From: Moniliella sp. 'wahieum' | Lineage: Eukaryota | Assembly: GCA_003971905.1 (NCBI GenBank) | Contig: RSEE01000001.1 | Location: forward strand, 1,550,001-1,614,000 | Length of the DNA stretch: 64,000 nucleotides | Direction of reading: 5' to 3' | Program-made: the position numbers and the translations under genes | Notes under the pieces: generated by a model | Databases searched by the model: none | Seen by the model: only the letters and a program-made list of their open reading frames with translations | What the model was told of the DNA's origin: nothing | In this document: in pieces, positions 24,501 to 37,112 of the stretch | Layout of the letters: every line of letters begins with the position of its first letter | Numbering within the stretch: position 1 is the first letter of the stretch

Positions 24501-27500
24501 ATGCATGCGCAGTACGCCGCCGCGCCTGGCGCAGGCCCTGGCGTGGTGCCGTCGGGCATGCCGCCCCCGCCCCCAGCACCGCCAGCCCCACGGCCACCGG
24601 CACCGGCCCCGGCACCCCTGGCCCCACGGCCCCCGCCTCCAACGCCCCCAGCGGCAACGACCCGCGTCGACTGCTTTTCCAGGCGGTTGCCCTTTCGGCG
24701 CGGGAGGGCGGGGCACGAACCCCGCTCCAACTCTTGATGGAGCAGGGCCACGTCGTTGTCCCAGCCCAGGCGGTGCCCGCCGCCGCCGCCGCCGTTCCCC
24801 TCCCCCGTCTTCCTGATGGCAACCTGGTCGTCTCTATCCCCCAGGCGTCGGCACTGGGTCTGTCCGCCTCCATGTTCCTCCCCTCTCACGACTCATACCC
24901 TGCGGGCATCCCTTCCTTTGCGCCGCTCTACCAGCAACTGCAGCAGATGCAAGCTCAAGCTCGAGCCGCCCAAGCCCACCTCCAAGCTCAGGCTCAAGCT
25001 CAGGCTCAAGCTCAAGCTCAAGTTCAGGCGCAGCACATCTCTCCCCCGACCAAGCCGACCCGTATGCCCAGCAGAGGCAGACACAGCTCCGTCTCCAGCA
25101 AGAGCGGTTCCGCCAAGCTCAGCTCGCTCAAGCGCATGCTCAGGCTCAGGCTCAAGCGCATGCTCAGGCTCAGGCTCAAGCTCAGGCTCAGGCTCAGGCT
25201 CAAGCTCAGGCTCAGGCTCAGGCTCAGTCCCCGGCTCAGGCTCAGGCGCAGGCTCAGGCGCAGGCTCAGGCGCAGGCTCAGGCGCAGGCTCAGGCGCAGC
25301 TCAGGCGCAGGCTCAGGCGCAAGCTCAGGCGCAAGCTCAGGCCCAGGCCCAGGCCCAAGCGCAAGCTCGTGCTCAAGCTCAGACACAGTCTCTTCCCCGG
25401 GTCCAGAGCCCTGCTGTTTCGTCACCCTTGGCTCAAAGCTCTTACTCCCCTCAGGAGCAGGCCACACAGATGCATCAGCAACAGTTGCAGTCACAACAGT
25501 ATCAAGCGGAGATTATGCGCCGAGCACGTCCACCCAGCGCTGGTACATCTGGTGCTGCGCGGCCAGGAGCCGGTCCCGGTCCCGGTACCCCCACTTCCCA
25601 TCCCCGTGCTCCATCTCACAATGCAGTTGATTCTGCACTTCCTCCTGTGCTGGGGGGGAATTTGCCCCCAACCAGTGCCTCTGGGATGCCCATCACAAGG
25701 TCCAATACCTCCGTTGTTCCCGTGTCCTCGGAACAGGTGGCTGCAGGGGTTGTCGGTCCCCTTAAACCTCAAGAGGAGGAGGATCTTTTAGCAATTATGG
25801 TCGAGATCAAGCATACCAACAAGCATTTGAACGCACCAAGCGGCGAATGAGCGAGGTGTCCAAGTCTACGGCCAAGCAGTGCAATGTCCAAGAAGATGCG
25901 CGTATCGGACCCTCGCGCAACCCAGATCAGTCACGATCAAGTTGGTATGCCTGGTCTACAATGGTGGGAGTGCAACATGTCAGAGCCTCGGGGCGCAACG
26001 ACCAAAGGTGGTTCTTCGTCTGTTCAGCTTATTTATCCCGCCGAGCGACGAGCTCTGGTGTTGGAGAAGCATGTGGGCCAAGCAAACCGATTGTTGGTAC
26101 CACCAGTTCTGCCAACCGGCCAGGAGAATTCCTCTGGTACGACTTCAAATCGGAGGGACGCAATCGTAACGTTGCAACCACAACGGCGGCAGCCACACGT
26201 GAGACTACGCCTTAGTACTTGCCCTAGTGCACAACCTCCCGGGCCAGGTTCTTCAAGGCCTTAAAGGAGGCCGCGACCTCTGCCTCTGCTCTTCTCGCAG
26301 AAGATTTGGTTCCAATCCGATTGGCTCTTGATATTGAGCCGCTTCGTTTGGCCGATACATTTACCTGGAACGCACATGAGCCTTTGAGCTCTATAGGGTC
26401 CTTTGCTCAGATGCTCTGTGATGACCTTGGACTGCCCCATTCTGTCTTTGTACCGGCCATTCGCGAGGCAATGGATCAACAGTTGACCCACATGCTACCT
26501 TTTTGGCTTCTTCCTCAACACTCCCCTCGATTCGACCTCACTCTGCCATTCATGATCACGTTTCTGCCCCAGTCGAGTCTCACGAGCTTGAAGCCGACCT
26601 TCAATGGTGGGCAACTGTTCGGGACCGATTTGCTGCGTTAAATCCTAGCCCGGGCGAGGACATGAACGTCATCGGCGACTCTGATCTTCCCCCGGATGAC
26701 CCAGTCGTGCTGAAAAATGAGTCCGAGCAGGCCTCAACTCGTTGGACCAACGCAGACCTGCGGATCCCCATCAAAGTATGTTGAACTGACTCTTCCCACC
26801 CTTCTTTTCGGATACTAATCCATTTTGCGTAGCTTGGCGTCACTATCGGTGGGGTCCAGCTAATCGACCAGTTTGAGTGGGATCTCTCCAGTCCCCCCGA
26901 TGCACCTGAACAATTTTCACAAGCTATGGCAGCCGACCTTGGCTTATCAGGCGACTTTGTTACGGCAATTGCAGAGCAAATTCGAGAACAAGTTGACATT
27001 TACCTGCGCAGTCTCGTTGCAGTGGGATACACCTTTGATGGCGCACCCGTCCTAAACGACGAGTTGGCTCCCTCTTTTCTTCCGCCTGTCGAAACCGTAT
27101 ATCGTACCGAAGCGGAAACGGAGATGCACACTCCTGTTCTGGCTCAACTGACAGAGGCAGAGGTGGAATTGCAAGAGCGCGATCGCGACGGGATGCACGG
27201 AGAAAGAAGCGCCAATCTCGTGGCCGAAGGGGCGCTGTGGCGCTGCCAGATCGCGAACCGCAAAGACCCTCCGAACTCCAGCCCTGTACGGTTGGCAAAC
27301 GGTTGCCCCCGATGTGCTTGCCGCCATGGTCCTTACGGGTACGGGAACAGACCGCGGAACTGGAGGTGGTACTCACCATTCCCGCCGTGCTGCTGCGGCC
27401 GCAGCCAATGCGCACTTTCACGAGTCGACCCCGACACCGGCCCCTGAGCCCTTGGAGAAACGCCCAAGCGCGCCTCAAGGGCTGGGGACATGCAGATGTA

Positions 27501-28400
27501 CTTTACGTATCCTGGTGGGCTTGGAAAGGGCGAAACGAAGTCCCTACCCGATGGGATGCAAGATCTCGATCCTCCAAGGCGTCGGCCGCGTCGACCGTTA
27601 GGTCCAGAGGGTTCATCGGTAGGTGGGGTACTCTGGTTGACGACCCACGTTGCACCCTAATTGGGTCGATGGAATTTGGCACTGTGCCATTTGTGGGGCA
27701 CTCAACCCAGTTGCTGCGAATCGCAGGACCGGTCCTTCGGGACCCCGGACACTTTGTGTCCCTTGCGGCGCAGTATGGGCGAACAACAAACGATACGTGT
27801 TGTCGAGTACACATTGGAGACAGATTCGCCTATCGCGGCTGGGGGTAAATCGAAGGAAGTTGATCCTGACTACCGCGATGATGAGGTGGAGGAACAGTCC
27901 ACCCCCCGTGGACCTACGACACTCCTCGCTTCCCAGAATGATGGCGACCCACCCGTTCCCACCGTTTCGACTACCGAAGCACCTACCCACTCGCCAGCCT
28001 CTGCCCCTTCGAACCTCCCGCAGGCAAGACGGCCCCCTCACCTCCCGAAAAGCCCGAGACAAGTTCCTGTCTAGTCAAACGAGCAGTCACCTCCACTGGT
28101 GCGACGTCGCCCCCCCCCCCAAACTAGTTCCGCCGCACCGCCTACGGCCGTCCTGGAACCCCCTGAGTGGCTCACCCGCCACCTCACCAAGTTGCGCGCC
28201 CATTACCCCACACGATCACATTGTGCCTGTCATGAGGGGGGTCGACACCATACCGCCGGACAGCATGAATGGCGCTTACGCTGCCTCGATTGTCCTGGAA
28301 AACTCTACACCGCCTGGCCCGGGCGAAACTCTAACCAACTTTGAAGTTCATCTCAAGAACCGGTCTCATCGCGCAACGTTACTGCCCGGCTGAACAAGTA
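24501..28400 (+). CDS. SNF5: SWI/SNF complex subunit Snf5 with QA-rich N-terminus and C-terminal zinc-binding motifs
   Basis: Rpt1 [22 protein letters not shown]; Rpt2 LIDQFEWD...PEQF...[21 protein letters not shown] (intron 26777..26832); CAIC-x20-[32 protein letters not shown]. Many frameshifts. Confidence 0.9.
24949..25382 (+). repeat. (GCTCAG/GCGCAG/GCTCAA)n coding repeat encoding poly-QA
   Basis: Two blocks (~24949..25030 and ~25110..25382) inside SNF5. Confidence 0.9.
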
Positions 28401-28911
28401 GCCTACCTCCCGCTGGGCCGCTGGGCCGTTGCGCCGGTAAGCGTGACCTTAGATTATTTTCTCCCCCTTTCTCTCCCCCTTTTCTTGCTCCTTTTTTCCA
28501 TGTGCTCCCTGTAAGGCCGAGTCTAATGCAACTGCAATGCATCCTCCCGAACCCAAATCGGAACGCGCAAGCGTGCGCTCTTGCCGCCCTTTTGGCCTAG
28601 GTCTTTGGGTCTTCGAGTGTTTGGGTGTTTGGGTGCTTGGGTGTTTGGTGGATAGCATCAAACTGGTTATGGTTGGCTTGGCCGGTCTTCACACCCGGTT
28701 GGTGCAACGCGGCTCACCGAGCGCTCACGAGCAACTCGTTGGTAGATGTCCAAATGTCAAGGAACTCTAGTAACTCGTAACTCGTAAGCGCGAATAGCGG
28801 GGGTGGCGCGATGACTTGGTGGTGGTTTAACACGTTCAACGTTCCTGCGTTCACATTCAATGAGCGGTCTAACAAAATAGTGTAAACATGTACCAGAGTA
28901 GTCCCAAAAAG

Positions 28912-29011
28912 TGTCGTGTCCCGGGATCGAACCGGGGACCTTGAGGAATCCAGAGGATCGGCTATTGAAGACTGCTTCAATCTCACGCTCTCCCATCTGA
29001 GCTAACCCGAC
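28912..29011 (-). tRNA. tRNA-Phe(GAA) with ~27-nt intron
   Basis: GTCGGGT-TA-GCTCAGATGGGAGAGC-G-TGAGA-TT-GAA-G-[intron containing TCTTCAA, complementary to the anticodon loop]-...AGGTC-CCCGG-TTCGATC-CCGGG-ACACGAC-A, followed by a T5 Pol III terminator. Confidence 0.88.
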
Positions 29012-29679
29012 GTTGGATGACTTGTTTGTATTTAAGGCTTGCAAGGTTCATTTAGGAATCCTGTTATGTACCAAGGAAAGCGGAAACAAAACAACGACAA
29101 CGATCATCAATTAGTATGGAAAAGAGGTAACTAGTTAACCAATCGACCACGGATTAACGTTTAACACCTTCGCGATCCAGGGCGTCTCATATTATGGTTG
29201 TCGTTAGCCGTAGTTCACTGTTTTGAACGTTGCACGTTGCACGTGTTGTGAACGTTGGCGAAATGTCGTGGAACGCCTGGATATTCAATCTCTAGGATCG
29301 CAGGTAGGATCAGGAATGTTTTGCAGGCCAAAAAGAGTGGAGGTGGGCTGCGAGAATGTCACTGGCGATCGATTGATAGAATTCCACAGGGCATTACTCG
29401 ATGCACACTTCACGCGTGGCGCGTCACGCGCATCACGCGTCACATGCATATGTCCATGTCATGCATCATGCTACGCCGCGTCACCGGTCACCTAGGAGCT
29501 GGGCGCTGGACGCGCATAAAATTAAGAGGCGCTAATCTGGAGCTCGCACCTCGCACCTCGCAGCACCTGCAAGCATCTCCAACCAGCTCGACGGGAAAAT
29601 AACAGTCATCTTTTTTGTAATCGCACACAGGCAGCCAGTTGGGACACGCCGCCCTCGGCCTGTCCTCGGTCGTATTGAC

Positions 29680-30050
29680 ATGTACTGAGTACTGAGTACC
29701 TGAGTATAGAGTCCCTAACATGTACACTGATCATTACTCGGATCCCAGTCCGAGTGCGTTGAGCGACTGAGCGACTGAGCGGCTGAACGGCTGAACGGCT
29801 GAACGGCTGAACGGCTGAGCGGCTGAGCGGCTAAGCGGCTGAGCAGCGCTGATCGATCTGATCGCGCTGATCGATCTGATCCCCTTCAATGAGCCTCAGC
29901 GCTGTGGCTAAGGCGCTGAGGCAGGCGGACGCAGATGATCGATGACGGATGGGAAAATCAATGACGCGTGACGCGATGACGTCGCATGTGACACGTTGCA
30001 GGTTAAGTTACACGTTAAACGTTAAACGTTAAACGTTAAGGACGTTAAAG
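29680..30050. repeat. Compound short tandem arrays: (GTACTGA), (CTGAGCGG/CTGAACGG)n, (TGACGCG), (ACGTTAA)x4
   Basis: Seen directly; (ACGTTAA)x4 is at 30012..30039 and the 8-bp array at ~29760..29845. Confidence 0.9.
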
Positions 30051-31893
30051 CTGGAAGTTTGCCACAAAGTACTACGCCGAACGTTAACCTAAGGTCGACA
30101 TGCTGAAAACCAATTTAACCCTTAAATTTGATTACAACGGGATGTGTCATGCATCATGCACATCATGCATCTTCTTCCCCAGGTCCCATCGACCATCCCT
30201 CAGGGCCTCAGGCTCACCGCGCTCAAGCCTCTCAGGCTCCCCTCAGGCTTCAGGGCTTGACCTCAAAAAGTATATCGTCACCGGCATCATCCACCCCTAT
30301 CGACCTCTCTCCTCTCTTCGCTGTAATACGTCTCTGTTCGCGGCTACTCCTGCGTTTGCTTCCACAACAGGAGTATGCGACGGCATCGCGCCGGCGTTTC
30401 CTGGCAACGCCCAACACACAACTGTTTCGGGCGCAAAAACCCACCCTCAAACTCTTGGGGCGATGCTTGCCAGTATACTTTTGTGTCGATATGAAGTAGG
30501 ATACACATTGGGTATCACCTGTAACATTGAGCAAATATATAGTGACCTATCCGGGCTTCCCCCAAAGAAAGCAACAGCTATATAGCTGTCCGTCCGATGT
30601 GTGACAAGTGACATCGCATGTGATGTGTGACATCGGATAGGAAGTGCGGAGTAGGGCATGAGGCCTGAGGCTCAGACCTGAGGCCGCCTGAAGCTTGGGG
30701 CGCCGGCCCTGAGGCCTGAGGGGCCTGAGGAGGACCTGTGACATGTGAAGCTGGCACAAGGTCACCGACGGTCACCAAAAGATTATAGAAGGCGGGTGGG
30801 CCACAGCGGCTTTTAACAACAGAGGCTGGGATCTGGAAAGAGCTAAGATCTAAGATTCTGAAAGCTGAGAATGCCAGAGAAGAGAAGAGCGGAAGAGCGC
30901 AGAGATGATGTAAAAGCTGAGAATGCCAGTGCTGAGATGCTGAGAGCTATTACGCGCGACGCGCTGACCCTCGCATCGAACTTTTTGTCGTCACCGGTCA
31001 CCACAACTCTTCTTGCCTGTTGTCGGAGGCGGCCCAACAGCCCGGCAGACTCTCCTCAGCCAGCCCATGGCCCCAATCGTTCTGACTGTGCCTGTGTATC
31101 GTGTATAGCCGGGACCAACCCCCTGGCTGACACTCTACAAAAACTCATCAAGCCAGGCCAGTGCACGGTGAAGCTTGAAGCTTGGAAGGATGAAGGTTTC
31201 GGGCGATCGATGAGTACTCCGACTCAGTTCCGATGTGTATCACTCGTAGGTACAGTCACTTCAGAATCCGGACCGACAGTCAATAACGTAAATCCGCACT
31301 AGAGGGCGCCCAGTCGCCGCGTATAGACTTTCCCAGCCCCCAACAGATGTTCAGCTGGAAGAATTGGAGCTTGATGGACCTAACGTTGGTTGAGAGAGTA
31401 CGTCTTAAATTCTGACCATGACGTATGGGGTGGACTGATGTGGAACGTGTGGTGCCACAGCTCTCGCACGGATGAAACGATACACCCGACACTGCATGCC
31501 CCGGGGGCCCACCAGGGGGCCCACCGCCATGTTTTGGTTTGATTGAGGCCCTGAGGCCTGATGTCGAATGATTGATGTAACGCCGTAAGGATCGGACGCT
31601 CAGCTAGGGAGAGCATCACGGGAAGGAACAGAACGATGGTGGAGTAGGTATTTGGGCGGTGTATGACTGGAAGCCCAACCTTCGCTATGTATGTGCACAC
31701 ACCCTCACAGGTATCAGCCTGGCGCGATGTGACGGGGAAGAAGTAGCAAGGGCCAGGTCGCTAGGCTGTTCGCCAATTCGTTAAAAAGCAAGGCCAAGAC
31801 GCACACCTCTTCTAAACCTCTAGCATATCCCCTCATTCAGCTCCCCAACAAAACCAACCATCGACCTTTGTGTCGCCAGCTTGTGCCTTTACG

Positions 31894-33789
31894 ATGAAAC
31901 TCAACGTTCGCAAACAGCCAGATCATACTGTGACGGCCACCAAGGATGCTGACACCAGGGAACAACCATCCTCGGGTAGCGCATCCACTCACTCCTTTGA
32001 CCAAGCCGCCTTCCTAGAGGAGCGGGCCTACATCGTCGGTGGTAAGTACGCCCACGACATTGATCCTGATATCAAGGAGCGCACTGTGACCATCGAACCC
32101 GATCTGCCCTTGACGGTCACCATCCCCACCCACCACAATGAAAATAACTACACCGTCATCGATTTTGTCAATGACGACCCCGAGGATCCTTACAACTGGA
32201 ATCCCATCCGCAAAGCCTTGTCAGTGGCCATGCTTTGCGGTATGACCTTGTTCATTGGTACGCATGCCCCTTCTACTGAATGCAGTGGTACTGACCTCGA
32301 CCAACCAAGGCCTGGCAACCACTGCGTACAGTAGTGGTATTCCCAGGATGGTGGAGGACCTGAGCACGACCACCGAAGTGGCACAGCTTGGCCTCTTTTC
32401 GTTCAACTTTGTCTGTGCCCTCTCGCCCATGTTCCTCGCTCCCTTCTGTGAGCTGCTGGCCGCCAGGTGATTTACGTGGGTGCCTACCTGTGCTTTTCTC
32501 TCCTCTTTATCGGTCTCGCCCTATGCAAGGACATTTGGGGAGAAATCATTCTTCGTGCCTTCCTCGGCTTGTTTGGTTGTGTCGGCACCATTCTGGTTGG
32601 TGGCACTTTTGACGACATTTATCACCCAGCTGATCGCGCCATCCCTATGGCCACCTTCGCTTGGGTCGCAATTCTGGGTTTGTATTTCGCTTCCGTTTGA
32701 ATGAGGTCTGTACTAACTAACTCTTTTTCTTAGGTACCGTGGCGGCCCCCATTTACTGTGGATTTATCGACATGAAAATTGGCTGGCGTTGGGTCGAAGG
32801 TATCCAGGGCTTGTCCAACATCCCGCTCCTCGCTTGTGTCGCTATCTTTTTCAAAGAGACCCGTGGCGAAGCTGTGCTTTCAAAGCGTTTAAAAATTATC
32901 CGGAAGGCCACCAAGAACCAAGACTACATGACGGCTGGTAAACTTGTTGCGCCTGACCTCAAGTCGATGCTGTACTCTTCCTCGGTTAAGGCCGTGTACA
33001 TGTTGTGTACAGAGGGTGTGTCTTTTTCTTCGGCCTCTGGATCGCTTTCTCTTGGTTCTTGACATTCATGTTCCTCTCGGTCATTAGCATCACTTACACT
33101 GAGCTCAAGGGCTGGAATGAGGGTGTCAGCGGCCTTCCTTACATTGGTCTCGCTCTAGGCTGCACGGCTGCCTACTTGTTGAACTTCCTTCAGATCTGGA
33201 AGTACAATCAAGTGAGCGCGCAAACTGATGGCAAGGCACCCCCAGAGGCTCGTCTCTATGGCTGCATGTTTGGCGCGCCTGCTCTCCCAATCGGCCTATT
33301 CATCTACAGTTTCACCCAATACTCCTTTGTCCACTGGATTGGTACGTTTTTTTCTGCGTCCGTTTATTTGGCGTTTCTGGGTCGTGTGAACTAACCCCCG
33401 CCTCTCTTAGGCCCGATCGTTGGCCTTTTCCTTATCGCCTTCGGTATTTCTGGATCTTTGAGAGCTGCTACTCATTCTTGGCCGATTGCTACGGCCCCAA
33501 CTCTTCAAGTGCTATCGCCGGAACGGGTTTGATGCGGAACACCTTGGGTGCCACCTCTCCGCTGTACGCCAGCTACTTCTTCCACAATGTGGGAAGCCAA
33601 TACGCGGGTCTCATTCTTTCCCTTATCGCGGTTGCCTTGACCGTGATTCCTTACGTTTTGTTCAAATGGGGCCCCCAGATCCGGGCTCGCTCCAAGCAAG
33701 CTGTTAGCCCTGGGGAGGATCTTGAAGAGAAGGAAGCCGAGAGTCAGCCGGAAAAGCTGGCTGCTGGGACGGTGATAACCAGTCCTTAG
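31894..33789 (+). CDS. MFS transporter, DHA1 (drug:H+ antiporter-1) family
   Basis: F..DDPEDPYNW, LAPFCEL, ILRAFLGLFGC..TILVGGTFDD, IGWRW, KETR..VLSKR, PPEARL, SSAIAGTGLMRN, WGPQIRARSK. Introns 32258..32309, 32678..32733, 33342..33410. Confidence 0.92.
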
Positions 33790-35335
33790 CTTTGACGACC
33801 TTGTACCAACAAACCACTGTTACATCCTTCCATCTGCTATCATATACTCTGCATGATTTTCATTGCTCTCCTTCTCTTCAAAGATGCTCCTCCCCTGGTG
33901 GGCAGGGCATACATACTGATGGACCCATTCCCCCGAAACACCTCTCTCGCCTCTTGATAAGTTTGGATCCAACGAATATTCTACGCATATTCTTCATTCA
34001 TAGTTATGGTTCTCATCTATATGATCCGCATCCTCTCCATATATCATGTGGTGGTCCAGAGCGATCAGCTCAGGGAGCCAGTGCTGAACCGTCCCCTGCA
34101 CATCCGCTGTAGCATGACCATCGTTCACCAAATAGAGTGAATTGTATTACACAGGATACATCGACAAAAGGAGCCAGAGTGCCGACAATCGACCAATAAC
34201 AGGAAGGCAGCTTACAATGCATCCCGGCATATAACCTGAGAGTTGAGGGATGATACACTGCGGATATATTATTGTGCAAGCGACCGTCGCAAGAAGGAGC
34301 CAGTGCACGGTGGATTTCAGCAGGAAACCAGTATCGCAACCAGTACTAATCTAAGATAGGTTAGCAGTGGCAATATGGGAGCCTATACGTAACGAACCCC
34401 TCGTCTGCAGCCATTTTCACCGGAGATCCGCCCTCGCATAATCGGCAACGAGCAACCCACTGGTCAGGAACAGAGAAAGCGGACAAGCTTCTTGCTTGCT
34501 ACCCAGCCTCAGACCTCAGGTCTCCCTTTATTCAGTCACCTGCCGACGACGGCTCACCGCCTATTCAATCTTCCTCTGGCCAAGCCGACGGCACTGTATC
34601 GCACTTGCACATAAGGCCGGTTCGGCCCGCCATGCACCATGCTTAATGTATCTTGCCCTCCCAAGTCACGCTTCAAGCTGCAAGACCGAGATCCACTGAA
34701 CGAGGATGAGGATGAGGCCGATGAGGTCGATGAGGGTGTTCCCCCGGTTGCGCTCGACGGTTCGGCCAGTGCCCAGCCTGTGCTTGTTTTCGCCTACGTG
34801 GTTTCCTCCGAGAATTGCCGGCAATAAGCAGCGCAAGCAGCCTCAGTTCTTCGAAGACGTTGAAGCCACCCTCAAATCAGGCCTCCGAGGGCCGGATTAG
34901 TTTTGATTTCATGTGAAATTTTACGTGGCTGCCCCCGTGCCGGGAGGACTCATGTGTCCCGCCAGTAGCCGAGGGGACGTCCGCTTCCGTCCTGGCCCAC
35001 CACTATCCGCGGCCAGCCGCACCTCGATCTGCACCAGTCCTCCGCTGGCCTTGGCACGTTATCTATCGATTTCCTCCACCTCGATGTCCCGCCGGGAACG
35101 ACGCCAGACGGGGCTTACGGGGGGCACATGACACTGCCGCCGGCAACGCTCCACCTGATCGATCATCCACATTGAGCAGCAAGACACGAAAAAAACCACA
35201 CAAGCCCCCCCATTCCAAGTGACTCGCAACTATGGCTATAAAAACGGAAGGGAGAGGGAGGCATCCATGCTCCCTTCCCTCCCACAACATCCACCATCTC
35301 ACCGTCTCTTCTCAGCCCAACCGCTCTGCTTCAGT

Positions 35336-36595
35336 ATGAACATCCACATCGTCGGAGTTGGCTCTGTTGGTGGCCTGATGGCCTTCTACCTTAAGCGGGC
35401 TCTTCGCGTCGAGGCAGACAAGACCTACCGTGACGGCAATGGCGCCTCCTTCCAACAGACCACCGTTACCCTCCACATCAACCGGCAGCCGCCTGCGGCT
35501 GCTCTTTCGGCCGATGGGACGGTGGCTATTACCCTGGAACAAGCCGACGGAACGCAAGAGCGTGAGCCCGGGTTCTTGTATGAGTTGCCGGGCAACCCAA
35601 GCGGCAACCCCCACCCCGCTGCCAACCCATCGACGTTCTCATTGTTGCGCTCAAGAGTGACCTCACGATCCCGGTTGTGACGTCTCTGTTGCCACGGATG
35701 CGGCGCCAGGGCGACCCCAAAGGTCCCTCCACGGTTCTCTTCCTTCAAAATGGCGTAGGCCACTCGGAGAACTTCCTTGCCCATTTCTTCCCCGAGGGCA
35801 AGCCTTCCCACACGGCTGCTTCCCCCTTGCCGGACGTTCAGCCGATTGCTCAACCGTACTTTTGCTCAACTCCAACTCCCATGGAACGGCCCGTCGCGAG
35901 CCTCTGCACGTTGCCATGTGGGCAAGAACACTTTCCATTTCGCTGTTCCCCCGAGGCACGCTTCGGCCCTCAATGGGAACAAACCATGCTCACTCACATG
36001 GCCGATGAGTCGCATATGGCCCCCGTTGGCACCAGCAGTATGTCCAACTTGATGCAACTGCTTGCCTCGCCCATTTTGGCCCCACCCTCGGATGCACGGT
36101 GCATCGTCGAACCCTTCCCCGAATTTGAAGTGCGCGTGCTGCAAAAGTTGGTGGTCAACTCGTGTGTCAACCCGATTGGCGCACTGTACGAGGTGCTCAA
36201 TGGTCAAATCATTGACGATCCCATGCTGCACGAGTTGTCGTTGGCCATTGTGGCAGAATGTGTCTCTGTGCTTCAGACGCGCTGGAGCGCAACGTACAAG
36301 GGGAGTGAAGTACCGGCCGGCCTGTCCCACAGCGCATTGTTGGGCTACGTCGAACAACTGGTCCGGTCAACGCCAAGAACACTGCCAGCATGCTCCAGGA
36401 CGTTCTTTCTCGTCGAGGCTCATCCGAGATTGACTTGATCAACGGTACCATCTCCTTTGGGGCAAGCAGTACCACGTCCCCACCCCTGTCAATGACCAAA
36501 TCGTCTTCCGCGTCAAGGAGAAGATGGACCGCTTGCGCCAAGAGCGCGAGTCGGAAGAAAAGGCTGCCATTGCAGCCAAGGCAGGCATTGCTTGA
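35336..36595 (+). CDS. Ketopantoate (2-dehydropantoate) reductase family protein, ApbA/PanE/Pan5-like
   Basis: MNIHIVGVGSVGGL Rossmann start, VLFLQNGVG, KLVVNSCVNPIGAL, SMLQDV..R..SEIDLING. Confidence 0.85.
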
Positions 36596-37112
36596 ACTTG
36601 CACTCAAGTGTCACCTGTTACTAGTTTCTGCTCTTGCTGTTTTTGTGTTCACCTTCCTCCTCTATTCGTTGTACTCATCCACCCAATCGGTAACGGTAAT
36701 CGCGTTCACCACACTCCCTTCCCCCCACCCGACCAAGGTTTACCATACCCCTTGATCGTCACGATACAATTTGTCACCGTTTCCCTATACCTATTGGCCA
36801 TTCATTCTAGACATTCTACATAGATGGCTGCCTCGATTTCGTTGAGGTGCTTTTCATCATTAATCATTCCTGCGTTCCAATATCCAATAACCGGTAATAC
36901 AACGGTTCGACCGACGTCGTGCGTACGTCATGCATTTGACAAGCGAGACAATAGGTATAGAACCAGAGACGCGACTCTGGATGGCGGGGCTTAACGATGA
37001 GGACGGTTAGAAAGGGACAAGAAGGAACGTGATGCGTGGGAGCAAGAGGGAAAAAGAAAACCCTGTTGCTTGAGCTCGGTGGAGGGGGAAGCGTCTGCGG
37101 CTCAATCATACC

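Noticed and set aside
24734..25850. ORFs with poly-LR, poly-SG or poly-LS repeats
   Set aside because: Alternative frames of the SNF5 QA repeat, created by indel errors.
29680..30050. Repeat cluster considered as a CRISPR array
   Set aside because: The units are 7-8 bp with no unique spacers and no cas genes, and the context is eukaryotic.
30195..30735. CCTCAGG-rich left side and CCTGAGG-rich right side, resembling MITE terminal inverted repeats
   Set aside because: There is no clean extended TIR or TSD. The match is explained by the self-complementary TNA-GGCC units found throughout the window.
34130..35130. Acidic stretch (EDEDEADEVDE) suggesting a gene upstream of the ketopantoate reductase
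   Set aside because: No coherent gene model or recognisable domain could be built.
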